A DNA stretch of 64,000 nucleotides, from assembly GCF_001659705.1 (NCBI RefSeq), contig NZ_CP015971.1:2171029-2235028 (forward strand), written 5' to 3'. The notes under the pieces were generated by a model, which was not told the origin of the DNA, did no database searches, and saw only the letters and a list, made by a program, of their open reading frames with translations. The position numbers and the translations under genes were made by a program. The DNA is from Arachidicoccus sp. BS20 (GTDB lineage: Bacteria > Bacteroidota > Bacteroidia > Chitinophagales > Chitinophagaceae). This document shows positions 47,410 through 58,736 of the stretch, piece after piece (position 1 is the first letter of the stretch; every line of letters starts with the position of its first letter).

Positions 47410-49959
47410 TTATTCTGCCGTGCTTGTTTCTTTCTTCTTCACATCAAAGAAAATTTTGCTTTGCTCTTTATCGAAATTCGCCGTAAGTGTATCGCCGTCT
47501 TTCACGGCATGATTGAGAATTTCTTCTGCCAACGGGTCTTCCAGATATTTCTGAATAGCTCGGTGCAAAGGTCTTGCGCCAAACTGAACATCGTAACCTT
47601 TATCGGCAATAAAATTCTTTGCATCCTCGGTTATTTCCAAAGTTAAGCCCATACCGTTGAGGCGTGCATAAACTTTCTTCATCAGAATATCGATAATCGC
47701 AAAGATGTTTTCCTTTGTGAGCGAATTAAAGATAATCACATCATCAATTCTGTTCAGAAACTCGGGCGAGAATGTGCGTTTCAAAGCTTTTTCAATCACG
47801 GCTTTATTGTTCTCTTCCTGGTTTTGAATACGCGCCGCAGTTGCAAAACCAACGCCGTCGCCAAACTCTTTCAACTGGCGAACACCGATGTTTGACGTCA
47901 TGATGATGAGCGTATTTTTGAAATCAATTTTTCTGCCCAATCCATCGGTCAAAACGCCGTCGTCCAACACTTGCAAGAGAATATTGTAAATATCAGGATG
48001 CGCTTTTTCTATTTCGTCTAACAGAATTACGCTGTATGGCTTACGACGGACTTTTTCGGTAAGCTGTCCGCCTTCTTCATAACCTACATAACCCGGAGGT
48101 GCGCCAATCAAGCGGCTTACAGAGAATTTCTCCATGTATTCGCTCATGTCAATTCTTATCAACGAATCTTCCGAATCGAACAAATGACGAGCGAGCGAGC
48201 GAGCCAATTCCGTTTTACCAACGCCCGTAGGACCTAAGAAAATGAAACTTCCAATCGGCTTCTTTGGGTCTTTCAGACCAACACGGTTGCGCTGAATAGC
48301 TTTCACAACTTTCGTAATTGCTTCGTCCTGACCAATCACCATTTCTTTCATATCGTCCTGCATCTTGCGGAGCTTTTCGGTTTCGGCTTCCGCCATGCGT
48401 TTCACGGGAATACCCGTCATCATGCTGATAACTTCTGCAATCGCATCTTCGGTAATCGGATAGCGTTTGTTCTTGCTTTCTTCTTCCCAATCGGCTTTCG
48501 CTTTTTCCAGTTCTTCGCCCAATCTTTTTTCCGTATCGCGAAGCGTTGCGGCTTCTTCAAAGCGCTGATTTTTTACAACCTTATTTTTCTCGACTTTTAT
48601 TTCCTCAATTTTCTTTTCAAGTTCGAGGATATTTTGCGGCACGCTGATATTTTTCAGATGCACGCGCGCACCTACTTCGTCCAGCACATCAATCGCCTTG
48701 TCGGGCAAAAGCCTGTCGGTCATATATCTGTCGCTCAATTTCACACACGCTTCAATTGCTTCCTGATCGTAAACCACACTATGATAATCTTCGTACTTAC
48801 TTTTGATGTTGTTGAGAATCTGAATGGTTTCCTCAACGCTCGGCGGTTCAATCAATACCTTTTGAAAACGTCTGTCGAGCGCGCCGTCTTTTTCGATGTA
48901 CATTCTGTATTCGTCCAACGTGCTTGCGCCGATGCATTGCAATTCGCCGCGCGCCAAAGCCGGCTTAAAAATGTTGCTTGCATCCAACGAACCGCTTGCG
49001 CCGCCGGCACCAACAATTGTGTGAATTTCATCGATGAACAAAATCACATCACGGTTTTTTTCGAGTTCGTTCATGATGGCTTTCATGCGCTCTTCAAACT
49101 GCCCGCGATATTTTGTTCCGGCAACCAATGCAGGCAAATCGAGTGAAACCACACGTTTATCAAACAATACACGGCTTACTTTTCTTTGGATAATCCGCAA
49201 CGCCAGGCCTTCGACGATTGCCGTTTTACCTACACCGGGTTCGCCTATTAAAATAGGATTGTTCTTTTTTCTTCTTGACAAAATTTGCGATACCCGTTCT
49301 ATTTCGTTTTCGCGACCGACAATCGGGTCAAGCTGCCCCATTTCCGCAAGGCGCGTAATGTCGCGACCGAAATTGTCTAAAACGGGCGTTCTGCTTTTCG
49401 GGTTTGCCGCTGTTGCTGTAGGACGTGCTGCGCCGCCGCGTGGTACGCCGCCGAAGCCGCGCTTTTCATCATCAAAATCTTCTTCATGCTCATCAAATTC
49501 TGCACGTATTTCCGTGTCGCGTACAATGCCGATTTCGTTGCGGAACAAATCGTAATCAATATCAAACTGACCGAGAATTTGCGTAGCGATATTTTCTTTA
49601 TTTTTTAAGATAGATAACATCAGATGTTCCGTTTCTATCTGTGCGCTTTTCAGCGACTTTGCTTCGAGCACGGTAATGCGTATTACTTTTTCGGCTTGCT
49701 TAGTCAAAGGCAGACTGTTGATGTCGCCTATGTTCTTGCCCGTTTTGTCTTTCACGGCAAGTTCCACTTCTTTGCGCAATTCGTATAAATCTACATTCAA
49801 TTGTTTCAATATGCGTATAGCGGCATTGTCGCCTTCTCTGATTAAGCCTAAAAGCAAATGTTCCGTACCGATGAAATCATTCCCCAAACGCAAAGCCTCT
49901 TCGCGGCTGAAAGTAATGATTTCCTTTACTTGTGGTGAAAAATTATTGTCCATAGTCAT
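47410..49959 (-). CDS. clpC: Clp/Hsp100 AAA+ chaperone (ClpC/ClpB-type, two nucleotide-binding domains)
   Basis: Two Walker A sites (GEPGVGKTA; GPTGVGKTE), a Clp N-domain repeat, and length of about 850 aa. Confidence 0.9.
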   Translation of the reverse strand: MTMDNNFSPQVKEIITFSREEALRLGNDFIGTEHLLLGLIREGDNAAIRILKQLNVDLYELRKEVELAVKDKTGKNIGDINSLPLTKQAEKVIRITVLEAKSLKSAQIETEHLMLSILKNKENIATQILGQFDIDYDLFRNEIGIVRDTEIRAEFDEHEEDFDDEKRGFGGVPRGGAARPTATAANPKSRTPVLDNFGRDITRLAEMGQLDPIVGRENEIERVSQILSRRKKNNPILIGEPGVGKTAIVEGLALRIIQRKVSRVLFDKRVVSLDLPALVAGTKYRGQFEERMKAIMNELEKNRDVILFIDEIHTIVGAGGASGSLDASNIFKPALARGELQCIGASTLDEYRMYIEKDGALDRRFQKVLIEPPSVEETIQILNNIKSKYEDYHSVVYDQEAIEACVKLSDRYMTDRLLPDKAIDVLDEVGARVHLKNISVPQNILELEKKIEEIKVEKNKVVKNQRFEEAATLRDTEKRLGEELEKAKADWEEESKNKRYPITEDAIAEVISMMTGIPVKRMAEAETEKLRKMQDDMKEMVIGQDEAITKVVKAIQRNRVGLKDPKKPIGSFIFLGPTGVGKTELARSLARHLFDSEDSLIRIDMSEYMEKFSVSRLIGAPPGYVGYEEGGQLTEKVRRKPYSVILLDEIEKAHPDIYNILLQVLDDGVLTDGLGRKIDFKNTLIIMTSNIGVRQLKEFGDGVGFATAARIQNQEENNKAVIEKALKRTFSPEFLNRIDDVIIFNSLTKENIFAIIDILMKKVYARLNGMGLTLEITEDAKNFIADKGYDVQFGARPLHRAIQKYLEDPLAEEILNHAVKDGDTLTANFDKEQSKIFFDVKKKETSTAE

Positions 49960-50456
49960 AATTTGATTAAAATGTGAACGCCTCAAAAAACACTCTTCAC
50001 TTCATTGTTTGTGTCAAGGTACGTTTGCTTTGCGATACTTCGGATACTTTTATGCAGCTTTTTAAAAATTTGAACGAAGTAAACGTATCAATTCAATTGG
50101 TTGAAGATTATCTTTGAACGGTTTTGTAAAACAGAAGTTTAATCTTCTTTTCTAATTTCCTTTTTTAAAGTTAAGCAATAATGGAATAAGACAAAAAAAA
50201 TTTTTACACATCTGTAAATAACATAATAAAATATCCCGTTATTGCTTCAAAAATTGACAAATAGTTGGCGTGGAAAAGGCATGATAATTTTTGTAAAAGT
50301 AAAAAATGAATCAGCGAAATTTCTTCCGACTATTAAAACTAAAAATATATAAATGAAACCGAGTATGATAAATTTTCTCACGAGGAGAAAAAGATATAAC
50401 GGGGGTTCCATTTGACAATATAATCGCAGCAAAGCTGCAAATGAAAAAACACACGA

Positions 50457-50834
50457 ATGAAAATCAAAGTTGATACCAAAGAAAAATTCAGCGTGCTACG
50501 CCCGACAGAAGCGGTGTTTTCTGTTAATATGGCAGAAGAATTGACAACAATCGTCATGCAACGATTGCAAGCGCCAGTAAAAAATGTAATTGTTGATTTT
50601 ACCGCCATTGAAACAGCCGAAAAACAAGCGCTGATTGAACTTGCGACAATACACCAAATTGTTTACAAGAACAGCGCATCATTTGTTGTCTGCAACTTAA
50701 AAGCGGCAATAAAAACGTTGTTGGACGAGCTGGATTTGACCGATGTTCTAAACATTACGCCCACAGAAAGCGAGGCATGGGACATTGTGCAGATGGAGGA
50801 AATCGAGAGAGAATTGTTCGGAGATGAAGAGTAA
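50457..50834 (+). CDS. STAS-domain protein (anti-sigma-factor-antagonist-like)
   Basis: Aligns by eye to the SpoIIAA pattern (VLRPTE / VDFTAIETAE / FVVCNL), but no conserved phosphorylatable Ser stands out. Confidence 0.45.
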   Translation: MKIKVDTKEKFSVLRPTEAVFSVNMAEELTTIVMQRLQAPVKNVIVDFTAIETAEKQALIELATIHQIVYKNSASFVVCNLKAAIKTLLDELDLTDVLNITPTESEAWDIVQMEEIERELFGDEE

Positions 50835-50863
50835 AATATTATTCACAAAATGCAACCATTACG

Positions 50864-50896
50864 ATAAAAAAAGTGCTCCCGCAAAAGCGGGAACAC
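50864..50896 (-). terminator. Rho-independent terminator of the alkaline-phosphatase-family gene (GTGTTCCCGC-TTTT-GCGGGAGCAC then T7 on the minus strand)
   Basis: 10-bp stem with one mismatch. Confidence 0.55.
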
Positions 50897-50923
50897 CCTT
50901 ACTTAAAATCACAACTATAGAAA

Positions 50924-52240
50924 TCAATGAATACTGCCGATTAATATATTTGCAGGAATATGCCCGTCTGCCGTCGGAAATGAGAAACCAAGCAGTTTGG
51001 CAACAAGCGGTGCAATGTCTTTCAAGCTCATTACAGGAATCACGGTTCCTTTTTTAATGCCGGGACCAACGGCAATAAAACCTGTTTGTATTTGATGAAA
51101 ATCGGGGAAATAGCCATGCGTACCGCCCTTACCTTGTCTCACAGGGTCGCCTTTCAGCACGCCATTGAATGCAGTTCCATCCAAACCGGATAAAGCCAAA
51201 ACCACATTGGGGTCTGCACCTACGGAGTCAATTTGTTTTTTATTAATCACACGAAACAAAGCCCTTTGTTCAGCAGGAAGGTTGTTCAGTAACTGTTTTA
51301 CTTTATTTAGCGTTTCCACATCATTTTTATCTTTCAGATAGAGAAATGCAGCACCGCCTTCGGTAAGGAACTGTGCTTTCCACTGTCCGTGATTTTTATC
51401 TGTTATCAATCCTGCATTACTAAGCCATACATTAGGCGCAACAGTTTTTTTAATTGTGCAGAAACCGTGGTCGCCGGTAATAATCAAAACCGTTTGATTC
51501 CATATACCTGCATCTTTCAAAGCTTTGACAATAATAGCAACGCCGCTATCCGCATCCAATACAGCCCGTTTTACCAAATCGCCTTCGCGCCCCACACGAT
51601 GCTGTGCTCCATCGGTTGCAAAAAAATGAACCGTCATCAGATTCGGCTGGTCTTTTTGAATTACATAAGCCGCAATTTTTGCAATATTTACATTTTTACC
51701 GTATTCGATTTTAGCTGCATTGTCAAACACATTCTTTTTTACTTCATCGACAAATCCTTCCGGCTTGGAATATTGCTCACGTACTTTTTCGCCCAGCGAA
51801 CCGATGTCAGGAATGTTGTATGCTACAGGCGCATCGCCGGTTACTGGCCAAAGCAAACTCGCAGTTTTCAAGCCGTGCTCATCGGCAACAGACCAAAGAG
51901 TGGGAACTTTTATGGAACTGTAATTCCAATAAATTTTTCCCGTAGCACTGTCGGGTTCAAACATACCGTTGTAATAGACGCCATGCTTTGCAGGCGCTAC
52001 ACCTGTAACGATTGCCGTGTGCGACGGATAAGTGATAGATGGAAACATACTGTTGACCCCTTCGGCATAAGCGCCTTGCTTCATCAGCGCACGCATATTT
52101 GTTGTATGCCACGACGAGTCTAAATAAAAATCGGGGCGACCACCGTCAACAGTTACAATGATAACGTGCTTTGCTATTTGCGCGTTTGCACACGAAATAA
52201 ACCAAAGAGCCGCTGCCGCAGAAAATATTTTTTTTATCAT
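50924..52240 (-). CDS. Alkaline-phosphatase-superfamily phosphodiesterase/pyrophosphatase (NPP-like), secreted
   Basis: VIIVTVDGGRPDF metal-site motif, downstream ITGDHGF, and a signal peptide. Confidence 0.75.
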   Translation of the reverse strand: MIKKIFSAAAALWFISCANAQIAKHVIIVTVDGGRPDFYLDSSWHTTNMRALMKQGAYAEGVNSMFPSITYPSHTAIVTGVAPAKHGVYYNGMFEPDSATGKIYWNYSSIKVPTLWSVADEHGLKTASLLWPVTGDAPVAYNIPDIGSLGEKVREQYSKPEGFVDEVKKNVFDNAAKIEYGKNVNIAKIAAYVIQKDQPNLMTVHFFATDGAQHRVGREGDLVKRAVLDADSGVAIIVKALKDAGIWNQTVLIITGDHGFCTIKKTVAPNVWLSNAGLITDKNHGQWKAQFLTEGGAAFLYLKDKNDVETLNKVKQLLNNLPAEQRALFRVINKKQIDSVGADPNVVLALSGLDGTAFNGVLKGDPVRQGKGGTHGYFPDFHQIQTGFIAVGPGIKKGTVIPVMSLKDIAPLVAKLLGFSFPTADGHIPANILIGSIH

Positions 52241-52255
52241 AATTTATTTTATTTT

Positions 52256-52288
52256 AAAAAGTGCTTCTCCCGCGGTGGGAAAAGCACA
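52256..52288 (-). terminator. Terminator downstream of susD; similar in sequence to the terminator at 50864-50896
   Basis: GTGCTTTTCCC..GGGAGAAGCAC stem followed by T5 on the minus strand. Confidence 0.5.
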
Positions 52289-52303
52289 TAAACAATGTGA
52301 AGT

Positions 52304-54088
52304 TTATTTCCAATCCGGATTTTGTCCAAGTTTTGGATTGAGCTGCAAATCGCTAAAAGGAATCGGGTACACATATTTGTAATCCGCCCATTCTCTTTGA
52401 ATATTATCCAGCCAGTTCAAATTGCCGTAAGTACCTTTGTCAAGCTTTTGCGGGTCTTTTGAAACATTAATGAGTGTTACATCTCTTACACCTACCGTAT
52501 CAGAAGACTGTGTATAGAATAATACATCATTCACGCCGTCGCCGTTCAAATCCATACGCACACCTGTTTTAGGCACGTACATTCCATCCCAGGTATTGAG
52601 CAAAAGGTCGCCTCTTTTCCATCTTATCAAATCAGCAAAGCGAAGTCCTTCCAAAGCGAGTTCTATTCCGCGCTCGCGTCGTATTTCCAATATTACCGGG
52701 TTGGTAATGTCGGGGAAATAATGTGTTTGCAAATATTTATCTACCGTTGTCGGCAGTGAGGTTAATCCGCCGGTAATCCCTGCACGTGCTCTCAATGCAC
52801 CTATGGTCATTGCCCAATCCTGATCTGTAATAGTACCCAATTCAGCTTTTGCCTCGGCGTAGTTCAGCAATATTTCCGCATAACGCATCAGGCTGATAGA
52901 GTTCGTATTTGTTGCACCATTGTCATAAGTTGTACCGTCCAGGCACCATTTGATTGGCTGATAACCGGTGTAAGTATTGGAAAACACAGGCGGTGCAGGC
53001 GACGTAGTTCCGTTGCTGTTTACTCTTTTGTAACCCGGCGTACGAATGGTCTGCTGCAAGCGCCAATCACGGTTTTTGGTTTCATTTACAAATGTGATGG
53101 TATCATACCCCGGTTTGTCGGTAAATGGTGTTCCGTCACGGTTAAGATAGGTATTGATAAATGTTTTGATAAAACTGAAACGAGGTCCGTACGTAGCACT
53201 TGTATAATACCAGTTGGCATCGTTATAGACCGCAAGAGATGTACTGGAAACATCTGCCAGCATTATTTCACTTGTTACCGGCGTTGCACTTATAAACAGA
53301 TTCCGGTACGCCAAACTGTCACCTACAGTATTAAGGCTATACACTTTACTTTCGATAACGGAATCTGCCGCATCTACCGCCATTTTCAAATAATCATTTG
53401 CCGTAGATTGCAGGTTGTAGGAAGTTTGGTATTTACGGAACGTTCCTTCAAACAAACATACTCTTGACTTAAACCCGAATATTACGCCTTTACTGATGGT
53501 GCTGCGCGTATTATCGTTATTAGAAGCAATATGTTGGGCAGCATAATCCAAATCCGCTACAATAGAATCCATAATCAACACGCGGGAATCTCTTCCTTTG
53601 TATAATAATGCTGTATCGCTTATACTCAACGGCGTGCTGTACCAGGGCACATCGCCAAAACGCTGTACTTTGGCATAATAGAAATAAGCCCTGAAAAACT
53701 TTGCCAGCGCCATATAATTTTCTTTTACCGCGTCCGGTACCGGAGATGTTGCCAAACCAGCAATAAAATAATTGATGTTTCTCAAATCTCCCCAATCCCA
53801 ACCGCTACTCTGTACCGAAGTGTAAGCGCCGGGTACAATGAAATTAGGTACAGACTGGACGGCTCCGTAATCGGAAAGGCTTGGGTCTGTTTTATACACA
53901 TCGGATATGCCAGGTAGAATATTGTAAAAAGAATTGGCATACAACTGCAATCCATCCTGACTGCCGAAAATGGCAGTTTTATCGGCATTGCTTACAGGAG
54001 CCTGATTTAATTCTTTGGTGCAGGCGCCAAATAGCAGAATTGCCAGGGAAAGAACAACAATGCTTCGATTTGTTTTAATCTGTATCAT
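52304..54088 (-). CDS. RagB/SusD-family outer-membrane nutrient-binding lipoprotein
   Basis: Lipoprotein signal (LFGACT) and TPR-like SusD architecture. Sits immediately downstream of susC. Confidence 0.85.
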   Translation of the reverse strand: MIQIKTNRSIVVLSLAILLFGACTKELNQAPVSNADKTAIFGSQDGLQLYANSFYNILPGISDVYKTDPSLSDYGAVQSVPNFIVPGAYTSVQSSGWDWGDLRNINYFIAGLATSPVPDAVKENYMALAKFFRAYFYYAKVQRFGDVPWYSTPLSISDTALLYKGRDSRVLIMDSIVADLDYAAQHIASNNDNTRSTISKGVIFGFKSRVCLFEGTFRKYQTSYNLQSTANDYLKMAVDAADSVIESKVYSLNTVGDSLAYRNLFISATPVTSEIMLADVSSTSLAVYNDANWYYTSATYGPRFSFIKTFINTYLNRDGTPFTDKPGYDTITFVNETKNRDWRLQQTIRTPGYKRVNSNGTTSPAPPVFSNTYTGYQPIKWCLDGTTYDNGATNTNSISLMRYAEILLNYAEAKAELGTITDQDWAMTIGALRARAGITGGLTSLPTTVDKYLQTHYFPDITNPVILEIRRERGIELALEGLRFADLIRWKRGDLLLNTWDGMYVPKTGVRMDLNGDGVNDVLFYTQSSDTVGVRDVTLINVSKDPQKLDKGTYGNLNWLDNIQREWADYKYVYPIPFSDLQLNPKLGQNPDWK

Positions 54089-54108
54089 AACTATTAATAA
54101 ATTTTATT

Positions 54109-57100
54109 TTAAAAATTAACCAGTACACCTACCGTATAACTTTTGAGTATAGGATAGTTGTTGCCGTTACCATTGTTAGAATTTCCTGTAAGTACCACAT
54201 CAGATTTACCAATGTTTTCTACATCCAGCGCTTTGGTATGCTTGTACAAAGGCGACGCCGTCCACAGGTTGTCGCCGGAAACATACAGACGTGCATTGCT
54301 GATAGGAATTTTTTTGAAAAAGCTTTTAGGGAAATTATATCCAAGCTGTATATTTTTCAACCGGATGTAGCGAACATTTTGCAGGTATTTTGTTTGATTT
54401 ACAGCCAGCTCCCCGCTTCCATTTTGTGCCACATAACCACTGTATCTTGGGAAATAAGCATTGGTATTGGTAGGCGACCATATATTGCCCAATTGAGATT
54501 TCATCAGGTAATTGTAAGGTCTGTTGTATTGCCCCCAAAAGGCATCTGCTTCTGAACCCGGGTACCAGTCTTGCTTCAACACGCCTTGAAAGAAAGCGCT
54601 GATAAAGAAGTTGTCCCAATCGCCGCCGAGGTTAAAACCGAATTGATATCTCGGCGTAGTATTCCCGATTATCTTTCTGTCGCCCGGGTCGCCAATGGTA
54701 TTTGTCCCACTATTGATAACACCATCGCCGTTTAAATCTTTAAACCTGATATCGCCCGGCAACCATGTACCATTGTTGGTAGATTTTACCAAAGGCTGGA
54801 ACGCTTTAGCCTGAGATACGTTATCTGCCGTCCAATATCCGTCATTGACATAACCCCATATTTCGCCCAATTTTTCGCCGGGATAATAATCGCTCAACAG
54901 TCCTGAAGAATTACCCACATATTTTGTGATTGTTGATATGTAATCCGACATCCAAAAGCCGATGTTGTAATGGAATAGCTTGCCCGCAAGGCGAAATTGG
55001 TCTTTCCAACTGATGTTGGCTTCCCAGCCATCAGTACGCATATCGGCAAAGTTTCCTTTCGGCGAACTTGTACCTAACACGGCAGGTAACGTAGGTCCAA
55101 GTACATACATATTTGTTGTTTTACGGCGATAAATATCGCCCGTAAAATCAAGCCGGTTGGACAGCATGGTAAGGTCTAATCCCAAATCGGCAGTCGTGGC
55201 TGTTTCCCATGTTAATCCATCCGGAATCAAGCCCGGTACACTCGTATATTGCGGCTGGATTCCGTTAAGCACACGACCCGATTTTGATATATTGAACAGT
55301 TCTTCGTACTGGTAAGAAGAAATATTACCGTTACCCAAAGAACCGTAAGAACCTCTGATTTTTAAATTGGAAATAAACTTTGGAGACACGTGCCAAAATG
55401 ATTCTTTCGACACCACCCAGCCCGCAGATGCGGACGGGAAGAAACCATATGTCTGGTCGTGCGGAAATTTAGACGAGCCATCGTAACGGGCATCAAGTTC
55501 CAATAAATATTTATCTCTGAACGCATAATTAAGTCTTCCAAAGCCGCCTAAAATTGCCCATTTTTCATATCCGCCTGAAGTAGATATTTTATCTCCCGTG
55601 GCAAGACTCAAGTCTTTTGCATCCCCATAAACCAACCCGTTTCTGGTAACAGAAATATTATTGTAAACAGATTGTTCATAGTTATAACCAATCAAGGCTT
55701 TGAAATAATGGTCTTTACCAAAAGTGTGGTCATAATCGGCATACAGGTTGGTTGCGAGATAATTGGTCGTTTGCCGCGTTGCGGAAATATCATTATAGCT
55801 CGTACCTAAATAATTTATTACTCCCGGCGCAAGGCTATAAGGCAACTGAACCCTTATCTGGTCCTGATTTAAACGCAAATTCTGGAACGTCAAATCGCCT
55901 TTAACATGAAAATGGTCGTTTAAAAATGTCGCTGAAAATGCAGATGTATTTTTGATTTCCTGCGTTCTCATATCAATACCATTTTTTCCATACCAAAAAT
56001 CTCCCACACCATACGCTGCTGATGCAGTAAGCGTTCCATCAGGATTGAACATTACGGAGCTCGGCTGTGAGTTGTCTGCCATATTGCGCCAGATGCCACC
56101 GCCTTCGCCTACATTCAAAGGGTTGTGATAGAACCTGCTGTCGAACCATGTACTATTAGTAATCAACAACCAGGGCGTAGCCTGTACCGAGCCTTTTGCC
56201 GTGAGGTTGTACATATTATAATCGTCGGAATTGTAACGGAAAAGCCCGTTTTGATTGTAATACCTTCCGCTTATATAATAACTTGCTTTATCCGTACTTC
56301 CGGAAACAGACAAATTCTGGCTAAGCGCTAACAAACTTTTTTTGTACAACAAATCGTACCAGTTGGTATTGCCATAATAAACATAGTTTCCCGTAGTGGG
56401 ATCAACTTCTACTTGCGGCAGGCTCGGATCGTCATTATGCTGCTTTAATGCTGCCAGATAAGCCATGGAAAACGGCTGCGTTTTGTTGATATTCTGCGGT
56501 ATCTGTCCGTTGTTCCACGACGACCATGCCGAATCAAACATTAACGCATACTGATAACCATTGCTCACAATATCTGGTACAACAGTTGGGCTTTTAGATG
56601 CATAGTCCGAAGAATAAGTAATGGATGTAGAGCCTTTTTTCGGCGATTTGGTCGTAATCAATACCACGCCGTATGCGGCACGCGCTCCGTAAACTGCGGC
56701 AGAAGAGGCATCTTTCAATACGGTAACGGAAGCTATATCATTTGGATTCAAAAGGCTTGGGTCGCCCTGCACACCGTCAATCAATACCAAAGCGTTACCT
56801 CCCTGACCAATGGATGGGTTTCCGCGTACATTATACACCGGCGACTGGATAGGTTTACCATCGCCCATTATCAGGTTCAGGTTAGGAATCATCCCTTGCA
56901 AGCCTTGTGTAACGTTGGGCAGCGATTTATTTTCCAGTACGGCTCCGCTCACTTGCGTTACCGCACCTGTAAGATTAATTTTCTTTTGCGTACCGTACCC
57001 TACAATTACCAAATCTTCCAGCGTTTTTTCCGCAGGCTGCATTCTTACCAGTAAGCTATTATTGTTATCGGCGCTTATGGTGTAAGCTTCCATTTTGTAA

Positions 57101-57372
57101 TCTTCATATCCCGTATAGCTAAAACGGAAATTGTACTTATGACCTGCCAATAAATTATCGACGGTAAATTCGCCGCCCGAACCGGTAAGTGCATGATGCA
57201 CAGTGCCACCGGAGGTTTCCTGTATGGCAACATTGACGCCTGTTAAAAATTTTCCGGACTCATCTGTAACCACCCCTTTTACAATTGCTTCGCGTTGCTG
57301 CGCCCGGAGAACAGCAATGCCTGCAACAAGAAGCATAATCAGGAGAAATGAATGTTTCAATTTGTGATGCAT
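54109..57372 (-). CDS. SusC/RagA-family TonB-dependent outer-membrane transporter
   Basis: 1087 aa with an N-terminal carboxypeptidase-regulatory-like region, a TonB box region and a C-terminal beta-barrel ending in F. Confidence 0.9.
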   Translation of the reverse strand: MHHKLKHSFLLIMLLVAGIAVLRAQQREAIVKGVVTDESGKFLTGVNVAIQETSGGTVHHALTGSGGEFTVDNLLAGHKYNFRFSYTGYEDYKMEAYTISADNNNSLLVRMQPAEKTLEDLVIVGYGTQKKINLTGAVTQVSGAVLENKSLPNVTQGLQGMIPNLNLIMGDGKPIQSPVYNVRGNPSIGQGGNALVLIDGVQGDPSLLNPNDIASVTVLKDASSAAVYGARAAYGVVLITTKSPKKGSTSITYSSDYASKSPTVVPDIVSNGYQYALMFDSAWSSWNNGQIPQNINKTQPFSMAYLAALKQHNDDPSLPQVEVDPTTGNYVYYGNTNWYDLLYKKSLLALSQNLSVSGSTDKASYYISGRYYNQNGLFRYNSDDYNMYNLTAKGSVQATPWLLITNSTWFDSRFYHNPLNVGEGGGIWRNMADNSQPSSVMFNPDGTLTASAAYGVGDFWYGKNGIDMRTQEIKNTSAFSATFLNDHFHVKGDLTFQNLRLNQDQIRVQLPYSLAPGVINYLGTSYNDISATRQTTNYLATNLYADYDHTFGKDHYFKALIGYNYEQSVYNNISVTRNGLVYGDAKDLSLATGDKISTSGGYEKWAILGGFGRLNYAFRDKYLLELDARYDGSSKFPHDQTYGFFPSASAGWVVSKESFWHVSPKFISNLKIRGSYGSLGNGNISSYQYEELFNISKSGRVLNGIQPQYTSVPGLIPDGLTWETATTADLGLDLTMLSNRLDFTGDIYRRKTTNMYVLGPTLPAVLGTSSPKGNFADMRTDGWEANISWKDQFRLAGKLFHYNIGFWMSDYISTITKYVGNSSGLLSDYYPGEKLGEIWGYVNDGYWTADNVSQAKAFQPLVKSTNNGTWLPGDIRFKDLNGDGVINSGTNTIGDPGDRKIIGNTTPRYQFGFNLGGDWDNFFISAFFQGVLKQDWYPGSEADAFWGQYNRPYNYLMKSQLGNIWSPTNTNAYFPRYSGYVAQNGSGELAVNQTKYLQNVRYIRLKNIQLGYNFPKSFFKKIPISNARLYVSGDNLWTASPLYKHTKALDVENIGKSDVVLTGNSNNGNGNNYPILKSYTVGVLVNF

Positions 57373-57488
57373 ATAATTTGCTTTAGTTTATGGACAAAAA
57401 TTTCCCACCTGCCTTTTGAGGCAGTTTTTTTTTATATTGTATTATGTGAATAATTATTTCGTAATGCTTCTGTAGCAAACAAAGATGT

Positions 57489-58667
57489 TTATTCCCTGTT
57501 GCTTAAACTGTCTGCGCTTTCTCCGGGAGGAAGAGCAGCAGGCGACGGCGTTACGGTTTGCCGTTCTATAAAATATTTTCCTTCATTTTGTTCTGCGCGC
57601 AAGTCATTTGTATTACATATTATTTCAAGTATAACCGGCAGAGAATCCGTGGGACTTACCAGCCCTGTGAACGACATTTTAGCAACTGTTTTTGCATCGT
57701 AACCGATTTGCACTTTATATCTTTTGCTTATCTCATCAAACACGCTGTGCAACGGCGTTTTGTCAAAAACCAACCTGTTCAAACTGTCGGTATAAAATGT
57801 AACCGGCTCGGCTTGTACAGAATCTGTTTTCGGCTTGGGTAATGCAATATTTTTATTTTTTCTTTCAAATACGGACAGCGCATACGTTCCGTCGGCAGCC
57901 GAAAATTTAAACTGTTCTCCCGGTTTCAGATAAGCATCTTTCATGGATAAAATCGAATCGGATGCGTGTATCATTACTTTTCCTTTGAACAATTTTACAT
58001 AAACCTTATTGTTGAATGAATTGACGGAAAAGACTGTACCCAAATCGGTAACCACAATCCCGTTTGCCGTAACCGAAAACGGGTGCGCTTCGTCATGCTT
58101 AACTTTGAATGTCGCTTTCCCGTTCAGCGCTACTGCCCTTACCGCTTTGCCGGCAAACGGCTCGTATGTAAGAGAACTTTTCGGCGATAATGCAACTTCT
58201 GTCCCGTCTTCTAAGCGGCTTTTTATTATCGCATTTGTCGTATTCACAATATTTTTTATAGCCGGCAATTGCTTATCAGTAGGCAAGATTTTGGCAACGG
58301 TTTGCTTTGTAATATGCGCTTCTTTGTGGGACGTCCACACATCAATGCCCAACAGCAATCCAAATACTACGCACGCAGCAGCCGCCCAGCCATACAACAA
58401 TTTTCTCCTTCGGAAGGAGTCAATTTTTTTTTCGTCATTAGATTTATCCTGCGCGGACTTTCTTGCAAAAATTTTTTCAAAAATTTCTTTCGATTTCTCG
58501 TCGTTCAACACTTTTATATCGCGCTCCACGCTCGCATCAAATTCTTTCTGCAACCATGCGCGAAGTTCACTTTCGTCAACAGACAAGGCTTCTAACAAAA
58601 ACGCTTTTTCGCTTGCCGTAGCAATACCTTTTCTGTATTTCTCAAGAAGAAACCAATTTTTTTCCAT
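57489..58667 (-). CDS. FecR-family anti-sigma factor / transmembrane signal transducer
   Basis: Single TM segment, FecR-like periplasmic domain. Located between the ECF sigma gene and susC. Confidence 0.7.
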   Translation of the reverse strand: MEKNWFLLEKYRKGIATASEKAFLLEALSVDESELRAWLQKEFDASVERDIKVLNDEKSKEIFEKIFARKSAQDKSNDEKKIDSFRRRKLLYGWAAAACVVFGLLLGIDVWTSHKEAHITKQTVAKILPTDKQLPAIKNIVNTTNAIIKSRLEDGTEVALSPKSSLTYEPFAGKAVRAVALNGKATFKVKHDEAHPFSVTANGIVVTDLGTVFSVNSFNNKVYVKLFKGKVMIHASDSILSMKDAYLKPGEQFKFSAADGTYALSVFERKNKNIALPKPKTDSVQAEPVTFYTDSLNRLVFDKTPLHSVFDEISKRYKVQIGYDAKTVAKMSFTGLVSPTDSLPVILEIICNTNDLRAEQNEGKYFIERQTVTPSPAALPPGESADSLSNRE

Positions 58668-58736
58668 TTACACTATAAAATGACCGATTGTTTAAAAAAG
58701 GGGGTGGAGATTACCATTAACGAATTGTTACCAAAC

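Noticed and set aside
51389-52123. 244-aa plus-strand ORF inside the alkaline-phosphatase-family gene
   Set aside because: Antisense overlap, Cys/Arg-rich, no homology features.
57405-57440. Hairpin CTGCCTTTTGAGGCAG plus a T9 run upstream of susC, considered as a terminator
   Set aside because: The T-run follows the stem only on the plus strand, where no gene ends, while it lies upstream of the minus-strand susC. It is more likely part of the susC promoter or leader or a cryptic structure, so it is not called a terminator.
58009-58683. 224-aa plus-strand ORF inside the FecR-like gene
   Set aside because: Antisense to a CDS that fits the ECF / anti-sigma / SusC operon logic, and has low-complexity composition.
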